Virus record (IMG/VR): IMGVR_UViG_3300027126_000006
Origin: a virus
DNA: 64,000 bases
Direction: 5' to 3' (one strand)
Part shown: piece by piece, positions 16,832 through 26,408 of the stretch
Position numbering within the stretch: position 1 is the stretch's first letter
Layout: each line of letters begins with the position of its first letter
Position numbers and translations under genes: made by a program
Notes under the pieces: generated by a model
Seen by the model: only the letters and a program-made list of their open reading frames with translations
Databases searched by the model: none
Told to the model about the DNA's origin: nothing

Positions 16832-18051
16832 CCTTTAATTATTTCTGGTGAAAAGTTATTCTTTGAGAACTCCATCCGATCTACAATCTTAACTGCACCA
16901 TTTGTTAGATGGTCAATTGCAACGAACCCTTCAACTCCAGTGACCTTAAATCCACTAGAGGTACTTACAAACGTCTTAATGTGTCCAGCTTGGTTCATCT
17001 TGTTGATGATTGGCATCTTGATATCAGCAATCATGTTGCTGATTTGAAAGATTTTTACAATCTCTGCTTTATCATTATTGGCAAAGAATGACATAATACC
17101 CTTCAGCTTGGCTTGCTGGGCAGCCTTACCTTTTTCGGTTTTCTTTGAATCGATCTCAGCTTGAAATCTGTTGTGGATCCAATCCAATAGTTCATCGACA
17201 TGAGCCTTTGGATTTTTGATTTGCTCTCCCGCTCTTACTTTGGAATTGTTGAACGTCTTAATTAACATCAACAATTCTTCGTTGTCCCTAATCTGATTTA
17301 GGGTCTTGGGATTCATTGATTGGAATAGTGTGCCTGCAGCAGACAATAAGCTCGTAACGTGTTTTGTCTCTGCAGCTGTAAATGTAGCTGTACCAGAGTA
17401 GTCTTTGTAGTTGGCATCATCCATCCACACTGATGGAACTGAGTTGAGAGTAGTGGCAATTGGCTTTCCAAAGGCTGCTTTCATTGTCTCAAAAGAGTCA
17501 CCAGTGTAGGTGGTATGCCAAACAACCCCTATTTTTGAGCCTTGGATTCTTTTGCCAAGAGTACTATTGAGGGGAACAGCGTAGACAATGGTATTAGGGT
17601 GGAAAGTAATATAATCCAGGCCATCGATAGTTTCCTTTCTGAGTGTGTCGTGTGTGTACATCAGGTCGCCCTGATAAACGCCGGACTTAATGCCCAGCTT
17701 TTTAAACTCTTGAAGTGCAATCTTGAGTTTTACTGCTAAGTCGCCAGATGTATCTGCATCAACATCTGCCGCTGTTTTATATATCTTTGGTTCTTTGTTG
17801 AATACGCCTTTCTTGGCTACAAAGAACTTACCGTCGCGAGGATCAATCCCAGCAAACACTGCTGGAGCTCCATCCCACTTTACTGTAGCTGACACTCTGG
17901 TTTTTGAGTTGCCAGCAAGCATATCTCTAAGGTCACGAAGGAAGTTAATTGCTTTCCGTGTGCCTTCAACTCCCTCATTGAAGACCAAATCTTCAATGTG
18001 TTCCATATGAACATTTTTCTCTTCTTTGAGGAATTCTTTGAGGTTTAGCAT
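16819..18051 (-). CDS. ATP-dependent ligase-fold nucleotidyltransferase (RNA ligase-like) with capsid-targeting-like start
   Basis: Motif I TVKWDG, motif III-like YQGDL, motif IV EGFV, motif V VKIV; MLNLKEFLKEE start. Confidence 0.65.
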   Translation of the reverse strand: MLNLKEFLKEEKNVHMEHIEDLVFNEGVEGTRKAINFLRDLRDMLAGNSKTRVSATVKWDGAPAVFAGIDPRDGKFFVAKKGVFNKEPKIYKTAADVDADTSGDLAVKLKIALQEFKKLGIKSGVYQGDLMYTHDTLRKETIDGLDYITFHPNTIVYAVPLNSTLGKRIQGSKIGVVWHTTYTGDSFETMKAAFGKPIATTLNSVPSVWMDDANYKDYSGTATFTAAETKHVTSLLSAAGTLFQSMNPKTLNQIRDNEELLMLIKTFNNSKVRAGEQIKNPKAHVDELLDWIHNRFQAEIDSKKTEKGKAAQQAKLKGIMSFFANNDKAEIVKIFQISNMIADIKMPIINKMNQAGHIKTFVSTSSGFKVTGVEGFVAIDHLTNGAVKIVDRMEFSKNNFSPEIIKGWQR

Positions 18052-18055
18052 AGTG

Positions 18056-19084
18056 TCATTTAATCTGGAAGGTAATTAATCCACCGCGAGTGGCCATTAA
18101 TTTATAAGGATAGATAGCTACACGAGCTCCATTATATCTCTTCCCTTTGTAGTCGAATCCTCGGCCTGCCCGAAACGTTGCTCCAAATACTGGAAGATAT
18201 CCTCCCGTGAAGTGCGACAAATCTCCTGACAACGACATGTGACTGGAGAATGACATCTCGACGTGTCGTGCAGTTTCTTTGAAAACGGGCTTTCCTTGAC
18301 CAATAATCTGCGTGTGCTGTAAAGAGAACTTCTTACCATAGTCAGGTCCATAAATGGACATGTTAGCAAGCGTAGGATCATTAAAGGTTCCCATTACGGG
18401 TGATGGGAGTTGCTGGGATCCACCAAGAACAGTTGCTACCTGTGATAGAAATTTCTGTACCAGCTTATGACCATAAATCTCTGGCCCAGCTTGTTCTGAA
18501 AGTCCACCATATTGTTGGAACGCTTCAGGGCCACCTTCCTTCTTATGTGAGATGTATATTGAGTCAGGTCCAAACACGTTTGATTTGTCACGACATACAA
18601 TAATATCCGCTTTAGGGTCGCCTCTAACACCTCCAGCTTTCTTGATCGCTGTATCTACCTTCACACAGTATGATAATCCTTTGTATGTCTTGGTGTCGCC
18701 TTTTAACCTAATATCAATCTTCCCACCAGCCTTTAGTATATACGCATTTATTGCATCAACCACTTCATCTTCATACTGAGTACCATTACCACCAGTTGGC
18801 TTGCGAATTGTGTTGATTGGAATAAAACCGGCATCGTTGCCAATTTTAACAGCAGCTAGCTTCATTCCTGACACTTCATGTAGCTTAGAATCTGTAATTT
18901 TTAGCTTGGTGCCTTCTTTATATTCTTTATTGCCGGGGATCAACTTAGATCCACTCTTTTTGTAAACGACAGTCTTCTTCCCTTTCTCCACCTCATACTC
19001 GATGTCGAGAAAGCGTTTATTATCGGTGACGTATTTGGTGAAGGAGAGTCTGCCGTCCGTCGACTTGCTTGCTAGATCTGCCAT
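18056..19084 (-). CDS. Restriction-endonuclease-like PD-(D/E)xK nuclease
   Basis: YEDE helix, PKADII...YISHK, FQQYGG. Confidence 0.55.
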   Translation of the reverse strand: MADLASKSTDGRLSFTKYVTDNKRFLDIEYEVEKGKKTVVYKKSGSKLIPGNKEYKEGTKLKITDSKLHEVSGMKLAAVKIGNDAGFIPINTIRKPTGGNGTQYEDEVVDAINAYILKAGGKIDIRLKGDTKTYKGLSYCVKVDTAIKKAGGVRGDPKADIIVCRDKSNVFGPDSIYISHKKEGGPEAFQQYGGLSEQAGPEIYGHKLVQKFLSQVATVLGGSQQLPSPVMGTFNDPTLANMSIYGPDYGKKFSLQHTQIIGQGKPVFKETARHVEMSFSSHMSLSGDLSHFTGGYLPVFGATFRAGRGFDYKGKRYNGARVAIYPYKLMATRGGLITFQIK

Positions 19085-19108
19085 GGTATACCCGTTACTA
19101 TAATGTTA

Positions 19109-19116
19109 TATTTATA
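19109..19116 (-). promoter_or_regulatory. T4-type late promoter TATAAATA
   Basis: Exact consensus just after the helicase terminator. Confidence 0.8.
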
Positions 19117-19117
19117 C

Positions 19118-19143
19118 AAAAGAAAACCCGCCGAAGCGGGTTT
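19118..19143 (-). terminator. Rho-independent terminator with cUUCGg loop
   Basis: AAACCCGC-TTCG-GCGGGTTT-TCTTTT. Confidence 0.9.
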
Positions 19144-19158
19144 GTTGAGTGTCGATGA

Positions 19159-20547
19159 TCACTTGAACCCATCAAAACTAAGCTCACGTTTGGCTCGTTT
19201 TCCAAAGGAGCTCTTATCAAATACAGGCTCATCATCCTGGCCAGAATCAGCTAGATCCTTCTGTGCAGATTCCTCCACATCATAGAGCTTCATCTTTGAT
19301 CGATCTACACCAAGTACAAACCGTTTGTAGTATGAAGGATCCGCATATCGGTTCTTCAACTGCTTGATCATAACTTGATTGAGATCGTCAAGTTCTTCAG
19401 ACCTAATCAGAGCAAACATTAAGTCTGCAGTTGCTGGTAGACCAAATGACTCGGAAGTGTCAGTTAGACTTACATCTGAATTGTCGTAGCCGCCTCTCGT
19501 CGTCTGAGTTGCAGATAGAAGTGGAATGCTATACTCGACAGCCAGGCCTCGAAGTTCTTCTGCGATCGACTTTACATATGTATATGAATTCACAGCAGCA
19601 CCCATCTTGAGGCGAGCACTAGAACAGATGTTCAAATAATCGATGATCAGCAGATCTGGGCTAAAATCACGCTTGGACTTCAACTCTTCAATCAAAGCTC
19701 GAAAGTGCCCTGAATGAGCTCCTGCAGTAGGATATTCCTTAATGATCAACTTACCTTGAGTTTTTCCAGCAATCCTTGATACTCGATTTTCGAATGACTT
19801 CTTGTCGACATTCTTAAGATCATCCATCGACAAGTTCATCAGATTGGCATCGATCCGTTCAGCAATCCTCTCCTCAGCCATCTCTAGTGTAATGTATAGT
19901 ACATTCTTCCCTTGCATTAGAGTACTTGCTGCCACGTGACACATAAACAAAGACTTACCGGCTCCAGTACCTGCTAGAACGATATTCAAGGATTTCTTGG
20001 AAAGACCACCAGCAGTGATCTTGTTCATCATCTCGAGATCAAATGCAACCTTCTCCTCTACACGATGGTAGAATTCATATCGATCATCTGCATTATCAAT
20101 ATAGTCGTGGCCGACGTGTTGGTCAAAAGACACAGTCAAAGCATCTTGTAGGAGCTTAGGGAGAGCTTCATCTGTTAACTTCGTGTCCGTACCATCAATG
20201 ACTTTGATTGATTGTAAGATTGCATTGTACAGAGCTCGCTTCTTACAGAACTGCTCTGTATGCTCAATTAGCCAATCAAGATTAGTTCTGTCAGGATGTA
20301 ATGAAGACACAATTCGCTGAGCTTCTGCAAGCTCTTTGTCAGTCAGATCTTTACGATTACTAAGCTCGATGCTAATCACATCCTGTGTCGGAAGCTTGTT
20401 GTACTTCTCAAAGAAGGCTACAATTTCAGTAGCAATACACTTCTCTAGTTTCTCTTGAAAGTAAGCTGGAGAAATGAAAGGAGCCACCTTGCGAGTGTAC
20501 TCCTCGTTATGAATCAGTGATGATAAAATTTTAACTTCGATTCTCAT
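19159..20547 (-). CDS. gp41: Replicative helicase (DnaB-like)
   Basis: AGTGAGKS, TLEMAEE, IIDYLNI, SATQTTR, SESFG; start set at MRIEVK. Confidence 0.96.
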   Translation of the reverse strand: MRIEVKILSSLIHNEEYTRKVAPFISPAYFQEKLEKCIATEIVAFFEKYNKLPTQDVISIELSNRKDLTDKELAEAQRIVSSLHPDRTNLDWLIEHTEQFCKKRALYNAILQSIKVIDGTDTKLTDEALPKLLQDALTVSFDQHVGHDYIDNADDRYEFYHRVEEKVAFDLEMMNKITAGGLSKKSLNIVLAGTGAGKSLFMCHVAASTLMQGKNVLYITLEMAEERIAERIDANLMNLSMDDLKNVDKKSFENRVSRIAGKTQGKLIIKEYPTAGAHSGHFRALIEELKSKRDFSPDLLIIDYLNICSSARLKMGAAVNSYTYVKSIAEELRGLAVEYSIPLLSATQTTRGGYDNSDVSLTDTSESFGLPATADLMFALIRSEELDDLNQVMIKQLKNRYADPSYYKRFVLGVDRSKMKLYDVEESAQKDLADSGQDDEPVFDKSSFGKRAKRELSFDGFK

Positions 20548-20803
20548 CGAGTTCGACTCCACCTGTATAAACAATGCTGTTCTTAAGAAGACCTTCTTCA
20601 ATCATCTCTGAAAGAATTGGGCCAATGTATTGTACAAACTTGTCATCCAACCTTGTACCATCAGCCAATTGATATTCAAACCTAACACGAAGAGTGTCAT
20701 CTTCTTCGATTAGTTGGACACGACCGTACTTGTAAATTATACCTTCATACGGCCCCTCTGTCAACTCAATCCATTGGTCATTCACTACCTTGTAGGGCTT
20801 CAT
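20531..20803 (-). CDS. gp40-like protein (positional call)
   Basis: Lies between uvsX and gp41, as T4 gp40 does; sequence identity not established. Confidence 0.45.
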   Translation of the reverse strand: MKPYKVVNDQWIELTEGPYEGIIYKYGRVQLIEEDDTLRVRFEYQLADGTRLDDKFVQYIGPILSEMIEEGLLKNSIVYTGGVELDENRS

Positions 20804-21839
20804 CGATTTCCTCGTCTGACATTAGTTGACCAGCACTAATTTGATAGTTGTTCTTGACCCATTCCTGGAAAGTTTTGTCCATCAGAATTGGCATCCAAAA
20901 GTCTTTGGTGTCCGTTTCTTTCAGACGGTACTTCTTGTCTTCAACTTCTCCAGTTTCTGTGTTAACACGCGAATACCATCCGTTGGTAGGTTTGATTACA
21001 ATCTTAGCTTCTAGAGCCATGTCAAGAAGACCAGACCAGCGAGACAGACCACCATCAAATTTAACAGTAATAGGAATCTTTGATTTTTCCTTGACATATC
21101 GCGACTTCTCCACGTTAATGATAAAGTTCCATCCTGCTAGTTCGGTGCCATCCTTCTCTTGTTGCCGTCCAAGAATGAAGATGTTATCGGCTGAGTAATA
21201 TGAACCAGTACCACCACCAACAATATCTTTTGGATACAGACCAATCTCTTTGTAGGTGTGATTGACTACAACCATTGGAATGTCTTTGATTGTCAGGTGT
21301 GGTGTAATCATTCGGAACAAAGACTTGATCTGCTTAGCTCGCGACATATCGGCAACTGACTTCTGCTCGAGAGTATCTTCAACTTCTTTCTTCGAAGCCA
21401 AGTTACCAATAGAGTCAATAATGATTGCTACATGCTCACCTCGCTCGATGTTTTGAAGTTGTTGCATGATGTCAAACTTCAACTGCTCTACATCAGTGAT
21501 AGGTGTATGAACTACTCTATCAGTATCAATGCCAAGTGTGCTAAAGTACGATTGTGGTGTACCAAACTCTGAATCATAGAACAATACGACAGCATCTTGG
21601 TGTTTGTCCATGTACGCTTTCGCCATGATCAAACTGAACATTGTCTTGAAATGTTTAGATGGACCAGCCCACATAGTCAATCCAGGAGTTAGACCTCCAT
21701 CCAACCTACCCGACAGTGCAACATTAATTGCGGGTACGCTTGTAGGAATCATATCCTTCTTTGTGAAGAACTTACTTTGTGCAAGGATAGCGGTATCCTT
21801 GATTGTAGAGTTCTTCTTAATTTTATCCAATAGACTCAT
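20778..21839 (-). CDS. uvsX: RecA-like recombinase
   Basis: AGPSKHFKT, YDSEFG, DSIGNLAS, VNHTY, GGGTG. Confidence 0.96.
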   Translation of the reverse strand: MSLLDKIKKNSTIKDTAILAQSKFFTKKDMIPTSVPAINVALSGRLDGGLTPGLTMWAGPSKHFKTMFSLIMAKAYMDKHQDAVVLFYDSEFGTPQSYFSTLGIDTDRVVHTPITDVEQLKFDIMQQLQNIERGEHVAIIIDSIGNLASKKEVEDTLEQKSVADMSRAKQIKSLFRMITPHLTIKDIPMVVVNHTYKEIGLYPKDIVGGGTGSYYSADNIFILGRQQEKDGTELAGWNFIINVEKSRYVKEKSKIPITVKFDGGLSRWSGLLDMALEAKIVIKPTNGWYSRVNTETGEVEDKKYRLKETDTKDFWMPILMDKTFQEWVKNNYQISAGQLMSDEEIDEALQGSE

Positions 21840-21840
21840 A

Positions 21841-22089
21841 TCATTCTCCAACAAATTTCTTAAACTCTTCTGCTGTCATGCCACCTGAAGCACGTCGAAT
21901 CTCTTTACCTTGATCATCTAAGAGAATACAGGTGGGAATTGATCTAACCGTATATTCAACAGCAGCGTCAACATCTTCTTCAATGTTAATGTTATCGATT
22001 TCAATCTTTAGATCAGGAATCCCAGCAATCACATTTGATAGTGATTTGCATGGACTACACCAATCAGCGTAAAACTTTAGAACCTTCAT
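21841..22089 (-). CDS. Thioredoxin
   Basis: FYADWCSPCK, VRSIPT. Confidence 0.92.
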   Translation of the reverse strand: MKVLKFYADWCSPCKSLSNVIAGIPDLKIEIDNINIEEDVDAAVEYTVRSIPTCILLDDQGKEIRRASGGMTAEEFKKFVGE

Positions 22090-22412
22090 TGTCTTTCCTT
22101 ATTGTATGTGTTTTCATCAAACCATTCCTCCAATGTTGACTTAGGCTGTTCAGGAACAACCCACTCCAAATACTTTCTAATACCAGGATCAGCTGCATGT
22201 TCAACACAAATGTGCAATAATCTCATTACTTCATCAAACCGACCATCACCAAGCTCTGCAACTGGAACTCCAAACCTGAGTTTGATCTCCTTGTACAGAT
22301 GAGCCTGAGCTTGTCGTACAGGATGACCAGGAAGAGGAGGAAGGATCGATTGGATCTCATCCCCCTTCTTCTGAATAAACTCATGTATGAGTTTCAAGTT
22401 ACGTTTGTTCAT
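22086..22412 (-). CDS. Hypothetical protein with C-terminal clamp-binding-like motif
   Basis: Start MNKRNL overlaps the gp43 stop; STLEEWF near the C-terminus. Confidence 0.55.
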   Translation of the reverse strand: MNKRNLKLIHEFIQKKGDEIQSILPPLPGHPVRQAQAHLYKEIKLRFGVPVAELGDGRFDEVMRLLHICVEHAADPGIRKYLEWVVPEQPKSTLEEWFDENTYNKERQ

Positions 22413-24898
22413 GCAAACCAATCCTCGAGAGTCGCTCTTTGCTCTACAGACCAACCTAGAGCATCCAGAATGTTCTGGACAGCATCTTGAAACGTCTTCT
22501 CGAACATCTTATTATAATCTACATATTCTGTCAAATTAAATTCAGCAGGTAGTTTGTCCACGAACGCAATACAATCTTCGCCGATTGGATTTGGAGTCTT
22601 AAGGTATACAAACTTGATCTTATCCTTGTCTTTGATCAGAGGATACTTCTTGTCTAGCTGCATCGACTTCACTAGATGATTATACATCAATGCACCTCGT
22701 ACATGGATTGGCGTACCTTTCACGTAGATGTCTTTTCCAGCATACTTTTGCACATCAGTGATACCTCGAGGGAATGCAATACTCTCAACATCCAGATTCC
22801 TGAATGCAGTCTTATAGTCAGCAACATACAGTTGAACATCTTGTTCCTGGCCGTGGAGGATGATTGGCAACGAATCTTTCAACTTCTCCTTGATCACGTT
22901 AGGAGTACTTGACTTGACCATCTGCAGTCCCATCACCTTTAGTTGAGGTTCCTTGTATTGGACACCCTCACTATTGTGAACAGACATCACATACCGCTTC
23001 TTGCTAACACTGATCATCACATCGACGAGATTCTCTCTCTTCATTTGCATCTTCTGCTCATATGCGTTCACATAGTCGGCAAGCTCTTGATAAGATTTGT
23101 CGAGGAACGGTTGGATCTTATCTTCCGCAAACTTATCCATGAACCGAATAGTCTTGTCTGTTGATTGTCCCTTAAAGAACTTGTTGACCAAATCGTTCAG
23201 TGTCAGAACAACCGAGTCTGTATCGATTAGGACAATTCGATCTTTCTTGTCGTCGAGAATCTTGTCTAGATAACCATTTAGCTTGTTGGCAATCCAACGA
23301 ATTGATAGCTGACCACTGATAGTAATCCCTTCAGCAATACGAGTATCAAAGTATCGGAAGTATGCATTCCCGCAAGCACCATAAGCGCTGTTCAAAAGAA
23401 TCTTCATCGCCATCTGGAGATTGTTTAGCCTACTGATCTCCATCTTCCACTTAGGATCGTTTGTATTCTCGTACTCTTGCTTCGCTTTCAGCATCTCCTT
23501 CTTATAGATCACTCGCTTGTCGTAATACAACTGCATCTGAGTTGGCAACAGGCCTTTCTTATCGCGCCTGAAGCACCAACCATTAGCTGCAACAGCATAG
23601 TCATTATCATATGCTTCCTGCAGATCACACTGCCTATCAAGAAGACTGTCGACAGATACATTCAATCTCAGATCCGTAATAGTCTCGGGGCTCATGTTAT
23701 ACTGCATGATCAAATGAGGGTACAGCGAATTCAAGTCGAATGAACAACACCAGTTATGTTTACCAACCAATGGATCTTTAACGAAAGCACCTTCGTACGC
23801 TTCGGTCTTCTCGCCACCTTTGCGAGGTGGGACAACAATCTTCTGCTCGTTGAGGTAGTTGTAGATAATGATGTCCCAAGTCTTTACTGGACTGAACACA
23901 TCCTCATAGTTAACTTTCGCTGCATATGCAATCGTTAGAGCAAGGTCCATCAACTTCATCTTAGCATCGAGTTTGTCAACAAGCTCAACGTCTCGAATGT
24001 TATACTCTACAAACGTCTGCCAATGATTAGTGTAGAAGTCTTTGAATGTCGTTCCAGGATTCTCTACCTTACGCTCACCAAGCTCCACGAATGCGATGTG
24101 ATCTAGTTTATAGCTTTCTTGGGCTGTGTAAGTAAACTTGTTGTATAGATCCAGGTAATCCAAATCAGCAATACCTGCAATGTCACGCACAGTGACCTTA
24201 CGATTACCATAATTGATTTCACGAGGACTAACTTGTCCCCAAGGACTGAGTTTGTTTGCTAGCGTCTCTCCTAGCACTCGACACATCCGATTGTATAGGT
24301 ATGGAATGTCGAACATTGTAATGTTCCATCCTGTAACCACATCAGGATAGTTCTGCTGCCACCATACAATGAAGTCCTTCAGCAGGCCTTGCTCTGTATC
24401 AAACTGTCGATACTCAACATGCTTAAGATTGTTCTTGAATGGTCCAAGTCCCCAAGTAATCAACTTCTCGTGACGAGTGTCCTTGATAGTTAGAAGAATG
24501 ATCTGCTCACCAGCAGTGTTAGGATCAGGAAATCCATACTCTGTTTGCGTTTCGATGTCTAGTGTGAATACTTGGATGTCTTTAGGATACCATACAATCT
24601 CTTCTGGATAGTTCTCGGCGATCCATTGATACACATGGCCAGGAGACTCATACAGAGCCATACCGTGTACGTCAGAATACCTTTGTAGGTAGTCTTTTGT
24701 ATCATACATTGTACCAGGCTGGAGTGCATAGACAATCTTTCCATCGAGTGTATGCCATTTGCCAGTAGCGTCTTTGACTTTACCCTCTGTCCAAATAGTT
24801 GGACGGAAGTCAACCTTCCGGCTGAACCTCCGTCCATCCTCCACTCCCCTTACATAGAGATAATTACCTTTTCGGTATACATTAGTGTACAACTTCAC
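22409..24898 (-). CDS. gp43: Family B DNA polymerase
   Basis: DIET exonuclease motif, FDLNSLYP, KILLNSAYG, DTDS, KKRY. Confidence 0.98.
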   Translation of the reverse strand: MKLYTNVYRKGNYLYVRGVEDGRRFSRKVDFRPTIWTEGKVKDATGKWHTLDGKIVYALQPGTMYDTKDYLQRYSDVHGMALYESPGHVYQWIAENYPEEIVWYPKDIQVFTLDIETQTEYGFPDPNTAGEQIILLTIKDTRHEKLITWGLGPFKNNLKHVEYRQFDTEQGLLKDFIVWWQQNYPDVVTGWNITMFDIPYLYNRMCRVLGETLANKLSPWGQVSPREINYGNRKVTVRDIAGIADLDYLDLYNKFTYTAQESYKLDHIAFVELGERKVENPGTTFKDFYTNHWQTFVEYNIRDVELVDKLDAKMKLMDLALTIAYAAKVNYEDVFSPVKTWDIIIYNYLNEQKIVVPPRKGGEKTEAYEGAFVKDPLVGKHNWCCSFDLNSLYPHLIMQYNMSPETITDLRLNVSVDSLLDRQCDLQEAYDNDYAVAANGWCFRRDKKGLLPTQMQLYYDKRVIYKKEMLKAKQEYENTNDPKWKMEISRLNNLQMAMKILLNSAYGACGNAYFRYFDTRIAEGITISGQLSIRWIANKLNGYLDKILDDKKDRIVLIDTDSVVLTLNDLVNKFFKGQSTDKTIRFMDKFAEDKIQPFLDKSYQELADYVNAYEQKMQMKRENLVDVMISVSKKRYVMSVHNSEGVQYKEPQLKVMGLQMVKSSTPNVIKEKLKDSLPIILHGQEQDVQLYVADYKTAFRNLDVESIAFPRGITDVQKYAGKDIYVKGTPIHVRGALMYNHLVKSMQLDKKYPLIKDKDKIKFVYLKTPNPIGEDCIAFVDKLPAEFNLTEYVDYNKMFEKTFQDAVQNILDALGWSVEQRATLEDWFA

Positions 24899-25092
24899 TC
24901 CTCAACTTTTAGATAAAACTTCACGAGCTTATCTTTGATCATGTCTGGAACATTTGCCCATGGATATTCCAATGCGAATGGGCAACCATTTGTCCACTTC
25001 GATGAGATCAGAAAATCTCTATACAATTGTATATGATCTTTGTTGTTCAAGTCAAACTTTTCAAGTGCTCGGCGTGTCAGTACAGTCGTCAT
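24895..25092 (-). CDS. Hypothetical protein
   Basis: Translationally coupled between ligase and gp43; W..GCPF.LE.PW motif. Confidence 0.6.
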   Translation of the reverse strand: MTTVLTRRALEKFDLNNKDHIQLYRDFLISSKWTNGCPFALEYPWANVPDMIKDKLVKFYLKVEE

Positions 25093-26408
25093 TTGATATC
25101 CTTAGATTTGTCAGCAACATTCTTGTCGTCACGGAATTCAACAAACACGGGAAGAAACAAAGAATCTAGACCTGTACGCTTGTCGGTGATTCGGGCATTG
25201 TACTTGACGGCAACGATCCGTCCAACGTCAGCACGAGTAATAGCCATACGATCAGCATCACTAAAGCCCGTACCCAAACCGACTTTGACAAAACCGTCAG
25301 CAGACTCAACAACAAGAGCACCCATACGTCCAACATTCTTTCCAGTCCCTTCAACCCAATCAACGACTTTCAAATCACACTCCATCTCACCCTTGAACTT
25401 GATTTGGTGTTTGGATCTCTTGTTCTCCCAAATCATTTCTTTTGTCTTGAGGATGATACCTTCTTGACCGAGTGCAAGAAATTTCTCGAAGTACTTCTGC
25501 ACTTCATACACACCATTCACTGGATACGTTGGTGCCATTGATACTAGGAAAGCGATACCTGAACTGCTGGAATTGAGATCATTAATCGCTGCATGAAGTT
25601 TCTGTGCCCGGTCATCATAAGACACTTTATAGATCCCTTGCTCGAACGCATCAAGTGGAATAGCATCCCACACGGTTGCTCGAACCATCGACCCTTCTTG
25701 TTTAGATTGGGTTCCCTTAACAGCTTTGTTCAGGATTCCATTACCAGTCTTACGATCAAGAGTCTTACCAGCACTATCAACAACAAGAAGCTCGCCATCA
25801 AACACCACGTCGGATTTATAGAACGCAGCAAGGTGAATAAACGGAAGTGCGAATAGAGGATCGGCGATGTCAATCTCCTTTCCATTACGAGACCGAAACT
25901 GCACAGTGCCATTCTTAACGATAGCATTGAACCTCATACCATCCAGCTTGAGTTGGATATAGGCCGGAAATTTAACCTTATCGACTAATTTCTGATCATA
26001 AGCTGAGGCAAGCATACAGGGATACTCAGGAATCAATCCAGGCCACACGGCGTTCACAGTAGCCTCACTAACTCCACACTTTAGATCCTTGCTAATGATC
26101 CGCTCAATCACTTTCGCATCATCTTCATTAACGCTTGACAAGATGTACTTCAAGTGTTCGATTGCAGCATTGCCAGTCAGCTCTCGTTTTGAGAACTTCT
26201 GCAGCTCGTCGAGCGCCCACTCGAGACCAAACGTCATCTTGTAGGTTTGTGAGTACGAGGGGATCTTGCGAATGTAGAATTGTGTGAATGGATCCAGAGC
26301 AAGGAAGATAACCCTTTTCAGAGTATCATTGTCTTTGTTCTGGGTGAGGAAATCAATCTTGAAGTTACGGCTGCTGTTCGCAGCGAGCTGTTCAAAGATA
26401 TTGTTCAT
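25089..26408 (-). CDS. gp30: ATP-dependent DNA ligase
   Basis: QLKLDGMR, FDGEL, EGIILK, IKFK, OB fold SLFLPVF. Confidence 0.95.
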   Translation of the reverse strand: MNNIFEQLAANSSRNFKIDFLTQNKDNDTLKRVIFLALDPFTQFYIRKIPSYSQTYKMTFGLEWALDELQKFSKRELTGNAAIEHLKYILSSVNEDDAKVIERIISKDLKCGVSEATVNAVWPGLIPEYPCMLASAYDQKLVDKVKFPAYIQLKLDGMRFNAIVKNGTVQFRSRNGKEIDIADPLFALPFIHLAAFYKSDVVFDGELLVVDSAGKTLDRKTGNGILNKAVKGTQSKQEGSMVRATVWDAIPLDAFEQGIYKVSYDDRAQKLHAAINDLNSSSSGIAFLVSMAPTYPVNGVYEVQKYFEKFLALGQEGIILKTKEMIWENKRSKHQIKFKGEMECDLKVVDWVEGTGKNVGRMGALVVESADGFVKVGLGTGFSDADRMAITRADVGRIVAVKYNARITDKRTGLDSLFLPVFVEFRDDKNVADKSKDIK

